A stretch of 32,000 nt of DNA from Pseudomonas aeruginosa (GTDB taxonomy: Bacteria; Pseudomonadota; Gammaproteobacteria; Pseudomonadales; Pseudomonadaceae): positions 5,100,001-5,132,000 of the forward strand of contig NZ_LN831024.1 in NCBI RefSeq assembly GCF_001457615.1. The letters are read 5' to 3'. The translations under genes and the position numbers were made by a program. This document shows, one piece after another, positions 1 to 9,406 of the stretch. The stretch's first letter is position 1; every line of letters begins with the position of its first letter. The notes beneath the pieces are model-generated. The model saw nothing but the letters and a program-made list of their open reading frames with translations, was not told the origin of the DNA and did not search any database.

Positions 1-237
1 GATCTGCAACAGATCGTTGAGGGACTCCAGGCCACGCCGGATCTGCAGTCCGCTACCCAGCAGCGTCAAGCTCTGCAGTTCGATCCGGGTGTCGCTGAAC
101 TGGCGATAGGCATCGCGCACCAGATAGAAGCTGGTGATCAGCAGCGGCAGGAAGAACAGCACGCTGATCAGGCCGAACTTCATGCCGAAGCTGAGCCGGT
201 TCATCAGCGCGATGGCGGGATAGAGTACGGTCTTCAC
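1..237 (-). CDS. Probable methyl-accepting chemotaxis transducer, N-terminal part only (runs off window start)
   Basis: Open minus-strand frame from a GTG at 237 preceded by AGGAG; translation VKTVLYPAIALMNRLSFGMKFGLISVLFFLPLLITSFYLVRDAYRQFA... has an N-terminal TM segment typical of a transducer. Assignment also rests on gene order upstream of ampE in P. aeruginosa (recalled). Confidence 0.6.
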   Translation of the reverse strand, partial: MKTVLYPAIALMNRLSFGMKFGLISVLFFLPLLITSFYLVRDAYRQFSDTRIELQSLTLLGSGLQIRRGLESLNDLLQI

Positions 238-426
238 CCAGACGTCTCCTGATTGTTCTTATCGTTCTGAGAGATGCCGCCGCGTGGCGACATTGACGCA
301 CGGAGTCCGCTCGGTAATGGCCTTTCGAAATCATGCGGACACGTTCACCTGTGTACCCGATATCGGCCTGGTGTTCTGTAACTTAAGGTTAACGGGGAAT
401 CGCAGGCGGATTCCCCGTCGCTGCGC

Positions 427-1263
427 TCAGAGGAACAGCGCGCAGAAGGCGAACACGGCGTACCAGAGCACGGCCGCACGCACCAGCAATTGCCAGAGCG
501 CATCCAGGCTGGCGACGCCGGCGGCACCCAGTTCGACCGCTTCGACATCGCTGGCGACCCGTCCGGCCTTGCCCAGCAGCGCGGCCGCCGAGATGTCCCA
601 GGCCAGCAGCCAGTGCAGCAGCACGCGGATAACCGCGAGGAAGTTGCCGACCAGGGCGAAGCTCAGCACCAGCGCACGCACCGGCAACCAGTCGAAGATA
701 TGCCGGACGCGCGCCGCCTGTTCGCGCAACGCCGGCTGGCGGGCGTGCTCCAGCGCCAGTGCCAGCAGGCGATAGGCCAGGGCCGCCACCGGGCCGAGCA
801 AGGCATACCAGAAGATCACCGCGAAGAAGCTCTGGTAGCCCTGCCAGAGCAGATGGCCGTGCACCCGGCCGATCAGGTCGCTCTCGCTGCCGCCCAGGAT
901 CCCCAGATCGCGTTCGGCGACATGGAAGGCAGCCTGGGCCTCCTCGCGCCGCCAGGCGTCGCGGAACGGCCCGAGGTCGGCCATGACGTCGCCGCGGCCG
1001 AGACTGTAGACCACCACCAGAAGATGCAGCGGAAGGCTCAACCAGCCATAGGCCAGCGGCTGCAGCAATGTCAGCAGCAGGGCCAGCGGCAGCAACGGCA
1101 GGACCACCGCGAGCAGCAACCCCAGCCAGGAGCGGCGGGACACCGAGGGCAGATCCTCGACCAGGCCCAGCCAGGCGAGCCAGGCGCCATCGCGCTGGAT
1201 ACGCCGGCGCCAGCCGGAGAACTTCTCCAGCGCAAGGGCCAGCAGCAACACCAGGAACGTCAT
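427..1263 (-). CDS. ampE: AmpE, inner-membrane protein of the ampDE operon
   Basis: 278 aa membrane protein MTFLVLLLALALEKFSGWRRRIQRDGAW..., downstream of ampD with a 4-bp stop/start overlap (1260-1263). Confidence 0.9.
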   Translation of the reverse strand: MTFLVLLLALALEKFSGWRRRIQRDGAWLAWLGLVEDLPSVSRRSWLGLLLAVVLPLLPLALLLTLLQPLAYGWLSLPLHLLVVVYSLGRGDVMADLGPFRDAWRREEAQAAFHVAERDLGILGGSESDLIGRVHGHLLWQGYQSFFAVIFWYALLGPVAALAYRLLALALEHARQPALREQAARVRHIFDWLPVRALVLSFALVGNFLAVIRVLLHWLLAWDISAAALLGKAGRVASDVEAVELGAAGVASLDALWQLLVRAAVLWYAVFAFCALFL

Positions 1264-1826
1264 GTTTCCTCCTTGGAATCGGTCAATCCGGCGCGGTAGC
1301 GCGACCAGTCGAAAGCCTCGCCGGGATCGGTCTTGCGCTCCGGGGCGATATCGCAGTGGCCCTGGATGCGTTCCGGGGTGATCGCCGGGAAGGCCGCGCG
1401 CAACAGCCGCGTCAGCCCGGCCAGGGCAGTGTACTGCGCGTCCGTGTACGGTTCCGTGTCGGTCCCCTCCAGTTCGATGCCAAGGGAGAAGTCGTTGCAC
1501 GCCTCGCGACCGTCGAAGCAGGAAACCCCGGCATGCCAGGCGCGGTCGTGGCAGGAGACGAACTGGGTGATGGCGCCGTCGCGTTCGATGAGGAAATGCG
1601 CGGAAACCGTCAGGTGGCGGATCTCCTCGAAATAGGGATGTTCGTTCGGGTCCAGGCGATTCTGGAAGAACGCCTGGACCTTGCCGGTGCCGAACTGTCC
1701 CGGCGGCAGGCTGATATTGTGGATGACCAGCAGCGACACCGCGTCCCCTTGCGGACGCAGGTTGAAATTCGGTGAAGGGCAGTGGCGGACGCCACGGACC
1801 CAGCCGGTAACGGAATCGAAATGCAT
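1260..1826 (-). CDS. ampD: AmpD, 1,6-anhydro-N-acetylmuramyl-L-alanine amidase
   Basis: MHFDSVTGWVRGVRHCPSPNFNLRPQGD..LLVIHNISLPPGQFG...HCDIAPERKTDPGEAFDW; amidase_2 zinc ligands present. Start placed at ATG 1826, 8 codons inside the ORF-track start. Confidence 0.95.
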   Translation of the reverse strand: MHFDSVTGWVRGVRHCPSPNFNLRPQGDAVSLLVIHNISLPPGQFGTGKVQAFFQNRLDPNEHPYFEEIRHLTVSAHFLIERDGAITQFVSCHDRAWHAGVSCFDGREACNDFSLGIELEGTDTEPYTDAQYTALAGLTRLLRAAFPAITPERIQGHCDIAPERKTDPGEAFDWSRYRAGLTDSKEET

Positions 1827-1976
1827 ACGGGCTCCTGAACGAGCCCCCACTCTAATCCAGCGGCGCCGGAATGACGATCAGGCGGGCTCTGGATCGGCCG
1901 CTTCGACATGCGTCGAGGAAAGGTATTACCCGCAAGAACGAAAAGACCCGGCATCCGCCGGGTCCTCGAGAAGCGG

Positions 1977-4232
1977 CTAGGCGCCCTTGAGGCGCCGCAG
2001 GTTGCCGATCACCGACTCCAGGGCCCGGTCGAACAGCAAGGCATCGTCCAGCAGGCGTACCGCCTGCCGGCGAAACTCCACCGCCAGGCCCATGCGGGTC
2101 TTTTCCAGGACCTTCATCCCGGTGCGATTGACGAAGATGTAGCGACCGGTGGGCCGGATCACTGCCGCCAGCTTGCAGCGCAGCTTGTGCTCGGCGTCCT
2201 CCTGGATCTCCACCCAACTGCCGACACGCAGCGCATCGACCCGCAGCAGTGCCTCGTCGTTGTCCGGCAGGCGCACTTCGCTCTCGACAGGCGCCGGGGC
2301 GGCGTCCGGCGAGGTCAGGACGATTTCCTCGACCACCCGCAGCATGACCGGCGCCCGGGGCTTTTCCGCGGCCGTGCCCGGGGTCGCTTCGTCGAGCAGG
2401 GGGCTGTCCGCGACCGCCGCCTCGCCGCGCTTGTCGCGCTGCAGGCCCTGGACATGCAGGGTTTCCAGCTGGCTGAAGAATTCACCGGTGGAAAACGGAT
2501 CGAAGGCTGCGCTGGCCAATCCCTCGCGCAGCGCCTTGAGCAGGCCTGGCACGCGCTCCAGCAACTGTTGGCGGGACAGCGGATCATCATGCGGGCCGAC
2601 GCTCCAGATCAGCTCGTCCATGGTATCCAGGGCCTCCCGCCACTCGGCCGAAGCCTTGCCATGCTTAAGGCAGATCAGCAGCATCACCTTGCTCCAGGCA
2701 TCCCGCAGCAGGCGCACCACCACCTCCGGCAGGACCTTGCCGAGCAGTCGCTGGTTCAGCACCTGCTCCACGTCCTGACGAGCCAGTTCGGCCTTGGCGC
2801 GGCCTTCCTCGGCGTCGCGGGTGCGCTGCTCGAGGAGCTCGCTGCGGCGGCGCTCGTCGCCGGTGAAGGCAATGAAGTCCTCCAGCAACTCGGCGAAGAT
2901 CGCCGGGTCGTCGACGAAGTCGTTCAACAGCCGCATCACGACCTGTTCGATCTTCTGGTACAGGCTGTCGCGCCGGGCATCATTGTGTTCGGCCCAGCCC
3001 AGCGACGCGGATGCGATCTCGTTGAGCAGGCGACGCGCCGGATGGCTACCGCGGCTGAAGAAGGTCTTGTCGAGCAGGGCCACCTTGAGCATCGGGATCT
3101 GCATCCGACCGATCAGGGCCTTCAGCGAATCAGGCAGGGTGCGGTCGTCGAGAATGAATTCGAACAGCATCGACACCAGGTTGATGACGTCATCGTCCAC
3201 CTGGCCGACCACCCGAGAACGGCCGCTCTTGTGGCTGACCCGCTGGAGCAGTTGATCGACCCCGTCGCGGACGTCGAACTCCGCGGCGCCAGGGCCCGGC
3301 AAGTGCTGTTGCAGGTGGGAAAGCAGGCGCATCAGGTCGTTGCTGGAAATCGGCGCGGCATTCTCAGGCGTTTCGCGACGGTAGAAGGAAGGATTGTCGC
3401 GGACCTGCGCCAGCAGTTCCTGCAGCGCGCCGAAGACTTCCTGCTGGCCGCCGTCGAGCAGCGCAGCCTGTGCCTGCAGGGTCCCGGCATCGCGTACCGC
3501 TTCGGGACGGACAGCGGGCTGACGCCGCGGCAGCGCGGATTTGAGTTCCGGCAGCACGCCCGCAGCGACCAGGATCTGGTTGGCCTCGGCGTACAACTGG
3601 TCGCAATGGGCCAGGACGTACTTCTCGAACAGCTTGAGAATGATCAGCTTGACCTTGATCTCGACGCCGAGCCCCTGGCAGGCATCGAGGAAAGCCGCGG
3701 TCAGCGGACGCGGAGCGAGGGGATTGCTCTTCTCGTCGACCTTCCGGCCGACCAGGGTGTTCAGGCGGGTGCTCAGGTGGGCCAGCGCGGTGGCATCGCG
3801 GCTCATCACCCGCGCCACCATCGCGTCCACCGCGACGGACTCCTCCAGTTCCTCGTTCTGTACCAGGCTGAGGCTGTCGAAGGACACGGTATCCAGGGTC
3901 GGCACGGATTTGCCGGACTGTACCTGGTTGAGCGCCGAGAACTCCTCGAAGACCTTCTGCAGGTAGACCCGCTCGATACTCTTGCGCTTGAGGCGCAGGT
4001 CGCGCATGGCTTCGAAGAAAGCGTTCTGTTCGAGGTTACTGGTGGCTCGGTCGGCCATTTCGAAGAGGGTGTCGTCGGCGTTGTCGAACAACGCCTGCAA
4101 CGCCTGTTTCAGCTGCAACGCCGCCTTGTCGCGCACCTGCACGAGGATGACCGGCAGGCGCCCCGCTCCGGCGTTCGGCGACGGCTCGGAAGCGACCCTG
4201 GTCAGGTGCACCACATTGGCATCGTTCTGCAT
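1977..4232 (-). CDS. DUF1631 family protein (about 751 aa, uncharacterised)
   Basis: Long minus ORF MQNDANVVHLTRVASEPSPNAG...; DUF1631-like helical body and a C-terminal segment LRVGSWVEIQEDAEHKLRCKLAAVIRPTGRYIFVNRTGMKV. Start chosen at ATG 4232 rather than 4286. Confidence 0.8.
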   Translation of the reverse strand: MQNDANVVHLTRVASEPSPNAGAGRLPVILVQVRDKAALQLKQALQALFDNADDTLFEMADRATSNLEQNAFFEAMRDLRLKRKSIERVYLQKVFEEFSALNQVQSGKSVPTLDTVSFDSLSLVQNEELEESVAVDAMVARVMSRDATALAHLSTRLNTLVGRKVDEKSNPLAPRPLTAAFLDACQGLGVEIKVKLIILKLFEKYVLAHCDQLYAEANQILVAAGVLPELKSALPRRQPAVRPEAVRDAGTLQAQAALLDGGQQEVFGALQELLAQVRDNPSFYRRETPENAAPISSNDLMRLLSHLQQHLPGPGAAEFDVRDGVDQLLQRVSHKSGRSRVVGQVDDDVINLVSMLFEFILDDRTLPDSLKALIGRMQIPMLKVALLDKTFFSRGSHPARRLLNEIASASLGWAEHNDARRDSLYQKIEQVVMRLLNDFVDDPAIFAELLEDFIAFTGDERRRSELLEQRTRDAEEGRAKAELARQDVEQVLNQRLLGKVLPEVVVRLLRDAWSKVMLLICLKHGKASAEWREALDTMDELIWSVGPHDDPLSRQQLLERVPGLLKALREGLASAAFDPFSTGEFFSQLETLHVQGLQRDKRGEAAVADSPLLDEATPGTAAEKPRAPVMLRVVEEIVLTSPDAAPAPVESEVRLPDNDEALLRVDALRVGSWVEIQEDAEHKLRCKLAAVIRPTGRYIFVNRTGMKVLEKTRMGLAVEFRRQAVRLLDDALLFDRALESVIGNLRRLKGA

Positions 4233-4517
4233 CGGGACTCTCCTGCCACCCTCGCGGCCGCGCATGGAATGGCAAAAATCGGGCACAGAGGATCGATTGG
4301 CGTCGTCCGTAACGTCAATTTCCAGGCGTCAAAAACAAGTATCTACATTCATTATAGAGATACTTTCAAATCTAGATAGAGGGTTTTCCTATAGACATGA
4401 CTCTCTTCACACAAGCGAAGGCCGATGAATGGCGGCCGTCCCGACCGGCGCCCAGGCAGGCACAGACGCCGTCCGCTGCGCTCCGTATAATCGCCCGATC
4501 TCGTACAGGAGCCCGCC

Positions 4518-5366
4518 ATGCCTAACCTCACCCTTGCCGACCTCCAAGGCGAAATCCAGGCCAACGTCCGCACCGCCCTGGCGGAAGACGTCGGCGGCGG
4601 CGACCTTACCGCTCATTTGATCGATCCACAGCGCGAGGCCGAGGCCCGGGTGATTACCCGCGAGCACGCGACGATCGCGGGCCGCGCCTGGGTCGACGAG
4701 GTCTTCCGCCAGGTCGATCCCCGAGTGCTGGTGACCTGGCAGGTGGAGGACGGCCAGCGAGTCGAGCCGAACCAGATGCTGTTCCAGCTAAAAGGTCCGG
4801 CCCGCGCCCTGCTCACCGGCGAGCGCAGCGCGCTGAACTTCCTCCAGCTGCTTTCCGGTACCGCCACCCGCAGCCAGCACTACGCCGACCTGGTCGCCGG
4901 CACCGCGGTGAAGCTCCTCGACACGCGCAAGACCCTGCCCGGCCTGCGCCTGGCGCAGAAGTACGCGGTCACCTGCGGCGGTTGCCACAACCATCGCATC
5001 GGCCTCTACGATGCCTTCCTGATCAAGGAAAACCACATCGCCGCCTGCGGCGGTATCGATCGGGCAATCGCCGAAGCCCGGCGCATAGCACCCGGCAAGC
5101 CGGTGGAAGTGGAAGTGGAGAACCTCGATGAACTGCGCCAGGCGCTGGAGGCCGGCGCCGATATCGTCATGCTCGACGAACTCAGCCTGGACGACATGCG
5201 CACCGCCGTCGCCCTCACCGCCGGCCGTGCCAAGCTGGAAGCTTCCGGCGGAATCAACGAGGGCACCCTGCGCAACATCGCCGAGACCGGCGTCGACTAC
5301 ATCTCCATCGGCACCCTGACCAAGGATGTCAGGGCCGTCGACCTGTCCATGCGCCTCACCCTCTGA
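4518..5366 (+). CDS. nadC: Nicotinate-nucleotide pyrophosphorylase (quinolinate phosphoribosyltransferase)
   Basis: 282 aa; [79 protein letters not shown] are NadC signatures. Confidence 0.97.
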   Translation: MPNLTLADLQGEIQANVRTALAEDVGGGDLTAHLIDPQREAEARVITREHATIAGRAWVDEVFRQVDPRVLVTWQVEDGQRVEPNQMLFQLKGPARALLTGERSALNFLQLLSGTATRSQHYADLVAGTAVKLLDTRKTLPGLRLAQKYAVTCGGCHNHRIGLYDAFLIKENHIAACGGIDRAIAEARRIAPGKPVEVEVENLDELRQALEAGADIVMLDELSLDDMRTAVALTAGRAKLEASGGINEGTLRNIAETGVDYISIGTLTKDVRAVDLSMRLTL

Positions 5367-5382
5367 ACGAATCGCAGGTAAT

Positions 5383-5410
5383 AAAAAGCCCCGCCGAAGC
5401 GGGGCTTTTT
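5383..5410. terminator. Bidirectional Rho-independent terminator between nadC (+) and tRNA-Thr (-)
   Basis: AAAAAGCCCCGCCGAAGCGGGGCTTTTT: GC-rich hairpin flanked by A5 and T5. Confidence 0.9.
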
Positions 5411-5418
5411 ATTGCGAC

Positions 5419-5494
5419 TGGTGCCGGATAGAGGAATCGAACCCCCGACCTTCTCATTACGAATGAGCTGCTCTACCGACTGAGCTAATCCGGC
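5419..5494 (-). tRNA. tRNA-Thr (anticodon CGT)
   Basis: Reverse complement GCCGGATTAGCTCAGTCGGTAGAGCAGCTCATTCGTAATGAGAAGGTCGGGGGTTCGATTCCTCTATCCGGCACCA folds as a 76-nt cloverleaf; loop TTCGTAA gives CGT. Confidence 0.95.
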
Positions 5495-5546
5495 GGCGCG
5501 GGGAAGGTATCACTCGGCACAGCCGGATTTCAACCGATATTCCCCC

Positions 5547-6932
5547 TCACATGGGAATCCAACCCTGAATCCAGAAACGTGGCGCCTCACCGCCGCCGTG
5601 GATTTCCAGGTAGCGCTCCTCGGCCGCGGTCAGCCCCGGCACCTCGAGCAGCAGCACGCGCCCCAGCACGACAATGACAACGACAGCCAGGCCCCGACAG
5701 AGCCAGCGCTGTGCGGGGGACGGCGCGACCGGCTTCGACCAGCGTGCCATGGCGATGCCTACCAGCAAGGCCAATACGGTCTGGGTGAAGGGCATGACGA
5801 ACACGCCGTCCACCTGGGCCAGGACCAGGACCGAAACGAGGGCCAGCCACAGTCCGGCATCCATCGGATCGCCCTGTTCACGCAGGTAACGCGCGCCGCG
5901 AAGCAGACCAAGGGTCATCAGTCCAACCACCAGAAGGCCAGCGACCCCGCCCCATTCAGCGAACCACTGCAGCAGCATCTGGTGCGGGTGGGCACCGACG
6001 CTGTTCGGCACCGCCGAGAAATGCATGGGCCCGACCCCAAGCAAAGGATGGGCTACGAACATGCCCCAGGCATCTCGCCACAACACGTCGCGCAGAGACA
6101 GACCACTGCGCATACCGGACATGAGGGTCATGTCGATACCTAGCCAGGTCGGCAAGGCAACCATTAACAGGAAATAGAGCGCCAACCCGACGAATGCCGC
6201 GGACAACTGGACGATCAAAAAGCGGCGCCCCACGGGGCCGATCCAGCAAAGCGCGAGATGCGCGACGGCGAAACCCAACCAGAGCCCGCGTCCAGCCAAG
6301 GCGAAGGAGATGCACCATTGGATGGCCAGCAGCAGCATGACAAGCCAGGACAGTCTGAACCGCCCGGTCTCTCGCAGGTACAACCCCAGCGCAGCCATCA
6401 GCGGCAGCAGCATGGCCTGGAACTGCCCCATGGTCCGGACGTTGGAAAAGCCGCTGAGCAGAACCCTGGGATTCAACTCACGGAGCCCGCTGACGAAGGC
6501 CGCGAGATAGGAAAGCAGGAACTGGTAGCAGAAGAACCCTCCCAACACGACCACCCCCCAGAGGGCGATACGGCGAACCCACTCTGGGCTGGCGGATATA
6601 TTGAAGGAAAACAGCATCAGGCCGGCGAATACCGACCATTCCTTGAATGCCCAGGAAGGATTGGCGGAGAGAAATGCGGAAACGCTGCCTAGACCCAAGA
6701 TAACCAACAGTGTTACCTGAACCATCCTTCTGGCAAATGACAGACGAGAAGAAAAGAGCAGCAGGAGTGACGATCCACTCAACACCACCAATTGGAGTAT
6801 TCGCTGCTGATCATGCCAGTTCTTGGAAACCCCGCAGTAAACAACGGGAGAAAGCAGAAGAATACTTATCAGCAATAATAGAATAGTACGCGACGCCTTA
6901 CCCATCCTTTCCCAGGCTAGCCAAATTCGCAT
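5547..6932 (-). CDS. tfpO: Type IV pilin glycosyltransferase TfpO/PilO-like (O-antigen ligase/Wzy_C family membrane protein)
   Basis: Polytopic membrane protein with VLLWLAFAVLLW-type TM segments, WRDAWGMFVAHPLLGVGPMHFSAVPNSVGAHPHQMLLQWFAEWGGVAGLL (Wzy/ligase-like large loop with HPHQMLLQ). Immediately downstream of a group I-type pilin ending in Ser. Start placed at ATG 6932 (461 aa; GTG 6935 possible), after the hairpin at 6955-6973. Confidence 0.88.
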   Translation of the reverse strand: MRIWLAWERMGKASRTILLLLISILLLSPVVYCGVSKNWHDQQRILQLVVLSGSSLLLLFSSRLSFARRMVQVTLLVILGLGSVSAFLSANPSWAFKEWSVFAGLMLFSFNISASPEWVRRIALWGVVVLGGFFCYQFLLSYLAAFVSGLRELNPRVLLSGFSNVRTMGQFQAMLLPLMAALGLYLRETGRFRLSWLVMLLLAIQWCISFALAGRGLWLGFAVAHLALCWIGPVGRRFLIVQLSAAFVGLALYFLLMVALPTWLGIDMTLMSGMRSGLSLRDVLWRDAWGMFVAHPLLGVGPMHFSAVPNSVGAHPHQMLLQWFAEWGGVAGLLVVGLMTLGLLRGARYLREQGDPMDAGLWLALVSVLVLAQVDGVFVMPFTQTVLALLVGIAMARWSKPVAPSPAQRWLCRGLAVVVIVVLGRVLLLEVPGLTAAEERYLEIHGGGEAPRFWIQGWIPM

Positions 6933-6950
6933 CACATGGGCTCCAGAATG

Positions 6951-6973
6951 AAAACGCCCCGCAATGCGGGGCG
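6951..6973 (-). terminator. Intercistronic Rho-independent terminator-like hairpin between pilA and tfpO
   Basis: On the minus strand CGCCCCGC-ATT-GCGGGGCG followed by TTTT; between pilA stop (7008) and the tfpO start (6932/6935). Confidence 0.75.
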
Positions 6974-7007
6974 CTTCCTTCACACTCAAAACAACTCAAA
7001 AAACCGA

Positions 7008-7472
7008 TTAGGATTTCGGGCAATTAGCCGGAGCGTAGTTGGGCTTCCAAGCTGTAGGAGTTTTGGTGATTTTGCAGTTCCAGACTCCGTCATTTTTACG
7101 CGAAACAGTGATTACAGCCCCTTTGATAGCGGAACCAGAAGATTTACCCAAGGTAGCGACCAACTCAACGGTGCCATCTTTATTGTCCGTTACCTGGATC
7201 TGACTCTCACCAGAACCATCTAGCAAAGTAGACTCGGTGAAGCCAATGTCATACTGGGTATCTTTAGGAGTCGCGCTGGAAACAATCTCCTTCCCTTCCA
7301 GAATCGCCGACTCCGCAGCGGTCTTCAGCGCGCTGACTTCACTCACGGCACGGGTCACCTGGGTACGGGCGGTGTAGTCCTGGTATTGCGGGATGGCAAT
7401 GGCGGCCAGGATGCCGATGATCGCAACCACGATCATCAGTTCGATCAGAGTAAAACCCTTCTGAGCTTTCAT
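7008..7472 (-). CDS. pilA: Type IV major pilin PilA, group I type (prepilin leader MKAQKG, C-terminal Ser)
   Basis: [38 protein letters not shown]... with class III leader cleavage G/F; disulfide-loop cysteines C..CPKS at the C terminus. Start at ATG 7472, not the ORF-track start 7658. Confidence 0.97.
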   Translation of the reverse strand: MKAQKGFTLIELMIVVAIIGILAAIAIPQYQDYTARTQVTRAVSEVSALKTAAESAILEGKEIVSSATPKDTQYDIGFTESTLLDGSGESQIQVTDNKDGTVELVATLGKSSGSAIKGAVITVSRKNDGVWNCKITKTPTAWKPNYAPANCPKS

Positions 7473-7519
7473 GAATATCTCCATGTGGTATGTATAGGCC
7501 AAACGCCTTCCCCCTTCAA

Positions 7520-7535
7520 AGCAGGTTGCATGCCA
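7520..7535 (-). promoter_or_regulatory. RpoN (sigma-54) -24/-12 promoter of pilA
   Basis: Minus strand TGGCATGCAACCTGCT matches TGGCACG-N4-TTGCA, with GG and GC elements correctly spaced, about 50 bp upstream of the pilA ATG. A TGTCA motif (minus strand AGTGTCA, 7611-7617) further upstream is a candidate PilR site. Confidence 0.85.
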
Positions 7536-7702
7536 ACCTTTCAAACGCCCTCCTTTCGCAACTCTTGCGGGGACTTCGAAAGTGTTCCGCTCTCCCCTGC
7601 CGGCAATATGTGACACTTTTTGGCATCTCGGAATCGTCGGTTTGGCAGCCCCAGGCATCTGCGTTATAAGTCTCGCTCCAAGCCTTCTTCAGATGCTCCC
7701 CA

Positions 7703-9403
7703 ATGAACGATTCCACGCCTCTCAGCGGCCTTGCCAAGCAACTGGTCCTGAACGAACTCCTCGACGAAAAGACCGCCCGCCAGGCCCAGGTGCAGGCCGC
7801 GCGCAACAAGCAGTCGCTGGTCAGCCACCTGGTCCAGGCCAAGCTGGTGCAGAGCCGGGCGTTGGTCGAGGTGGCCGCCGAGCAGTTCGGCATCGCCTAT
7901 TGCGACCTGAACAGCCTGGATCGGGAAAGCATTCCGAAGGATGTCATCAGCGAGCGCCTGGTCCGCCAGCACCGTGTGTTGCCGCTGTGGAAACGCGGCA
8001 ACAAACTGTTCATCGGTCTCTCCGACCCGACCAACCACCAGGCGGTCACCGATATCCAGTTCAGCACCGGTCTCACCACCGAAGCCCTGCTGGTGGAGGA
8101 CGACAAGCTCGGCGTAGCCATCGAGAAGCTCTACGAGGGCGCTATGGACGCTCTCGGCGACCTCGGTGACATCGATCTCGACGGGGTCGATGTAGGCAAG
8201 GCGGAAAGCGCCAGCCAGGACGACGGCGGCGACGATGCCGAAGATGCCCCGGTGGTGCGCTTCGTCAACAAGATGCTGCTCGACGCCATCCGCGGCGGCT
8301 CTTCCGACCTGCACTTCGAGCCCTACGAAAAGACCTACCGGGTGCGCTTCCGTACCGACGGCATGCTCCACGAAGTGGCCAAGCCGCCGATCCAGTTGGC
8401 CAGCCGCATTTCCGCGCGACTCAAGGTAATGGCCGGCCTGGATATCTCCGAACGGCGCAAGCCGCAGGACGGGCGGATCAAGATGCGCGTGTCGAAGACC
8501 AAGTCGATCGACTTCCGCGTCAACACCCTGCCGACCCTGTGGGGCGAGAAGATCGTGATGCGGATCCTCGACTCCTCCAGCGCGCAGATGGGCATCGACG
8601 CACTGGGCTACGAAGAGGACCAGAAGGAACTCTACCTGGCCGCGCTCAAGCAGCCACAGGGCATGATCCTGGTCACCGGCCCCACCGGCTCGGGCAAGAC
8701 GGTTTCGCTGTACACCGGTCTGAACATCCTCAATACCACCGACATCAACATCTCCACCGCTGAAGACCCTGTGGAGATCAACCTGGAAGGCATCAACCAG
8801 GTCAACGTCAACCCGCGTCAGGGCATGGACTTCTCCCAGGCGCTGCGCGCCTTCCTGCTCCAGGACCCGGACGTGATCATGGTCGGCGAGATCCGCGATC
8901 TGGAGACTGCCGAGATCGCCATCAAGGCGGCGCAGACCGGGCATATGGTGATGTCCACCCTGCACACCAACAGCGCCGCCGAGACCCTGACCCGCCTGCT
9001 GAACATGGGCGTGCCGGCGTTCAACCTGGCGACCTCGGTGAACCTGATCATCGCCCAGCGCCTTGCGCGAAAACTCTGTTCGCACTGCAAGAAAGAACAC
9101 GACGTGCCGAAGGAAACCCTGCTTCACGAAGGTTTCCCGGAAGAGCTGATCGGCACCTTCAAGCTGTATTCGCCTGTAGGCTGCGAAAACTGCAAAGGCG
9201 GTTACAAAGGTCGCGTCGGTATTTATGAAGTGGTTAAAAACACCCCCGCCCTGCAGCGGATTATCATGGAAGAAGGCAACTCCATCGAGATCGCCGAGCA
9301 AGCCCGCAAAGAAGGCTTCAACGATCTGCGCACCTCAGGCCTGCTGAAAGCCATGCAGGGAATCACCAGCCTGGAGGAAGTCAACCGCGTGACCAAGGAT
9401 TAA
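7703..9403 (+). CDS. pilB: Type IV pilus assembly ATPase PilB
   Basis: 566 aa; Walker A GPTGSGKT, AIRGGSSDLHFEPYEKTYRVRFRTDG, GEIRDLETAEIAIKAAQTGHMVMSTLHTN, zinc tetracysteine CSHCKKEH...CENCKGGYKGR. Confidence 0.98.
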   Translation: MNDSTPLSGLAKQLVLNELLDEKTARQAQVQAARNKQSLVSHLVQAKLVQSRALVEVAAEQFGIAYCDLNSLDRESIPKDVISERLVRQHRVLPLWKRGNKLFIGLSDPTNHQAVTDIQFSTGLTTEALLVEDDKLGVAIEKLYEGAMDALGDLGDIDLDGVDVGKAESASQDDGGDDAEDAPVVRFVNKMLLDAIRGGSSDLHFEPYEKTYRVRFRTDGMLHEVAKPPIQLASRISARLKVMAGLDISERRKPQDGRIKMRVSKTKSIDFRVNTLPTLWGEKIVMRILDSSSAQMGIDALGYEEDQKELYLAALKQPQGMILVTGPTGSGKTVSLYTGLNILNTTDINISTAEDPVEINLEGINQVNVNPRQGMDFSQALRAFLLQDPDVIMVGEIRDLETAEIAIKAAQTGHMVMSTLHTNSAAETLTRLLNMGVPAFNLATSVNLIIAQRLARKLCSHCKKEHDVPKETLLHEGFPEELIGTFKLYSPVGCENCKGGYKGRVGIYEVVKNTPALQRIIMEEGNSIEIAEQARKEGFNDLRTSGLLKAMQGITSLEEVNRVTKD

Positions 9404-9406
9404 TCC

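Noticed and set aside
1908-4379. 823-aa plus-strand ORF
   Set aside because: Antisense to the DUF1631 gene; low-complexity His/Gln/Arg-rich composition typical of the shadow frame of a high-GC gene.
7664-9301. 545-aa minus-strand ORF
   Set aside because: Antisense to pilB, with a His/Gln/Arg/Leu-rich shadow composition. The pilB assignment is unambiguous.
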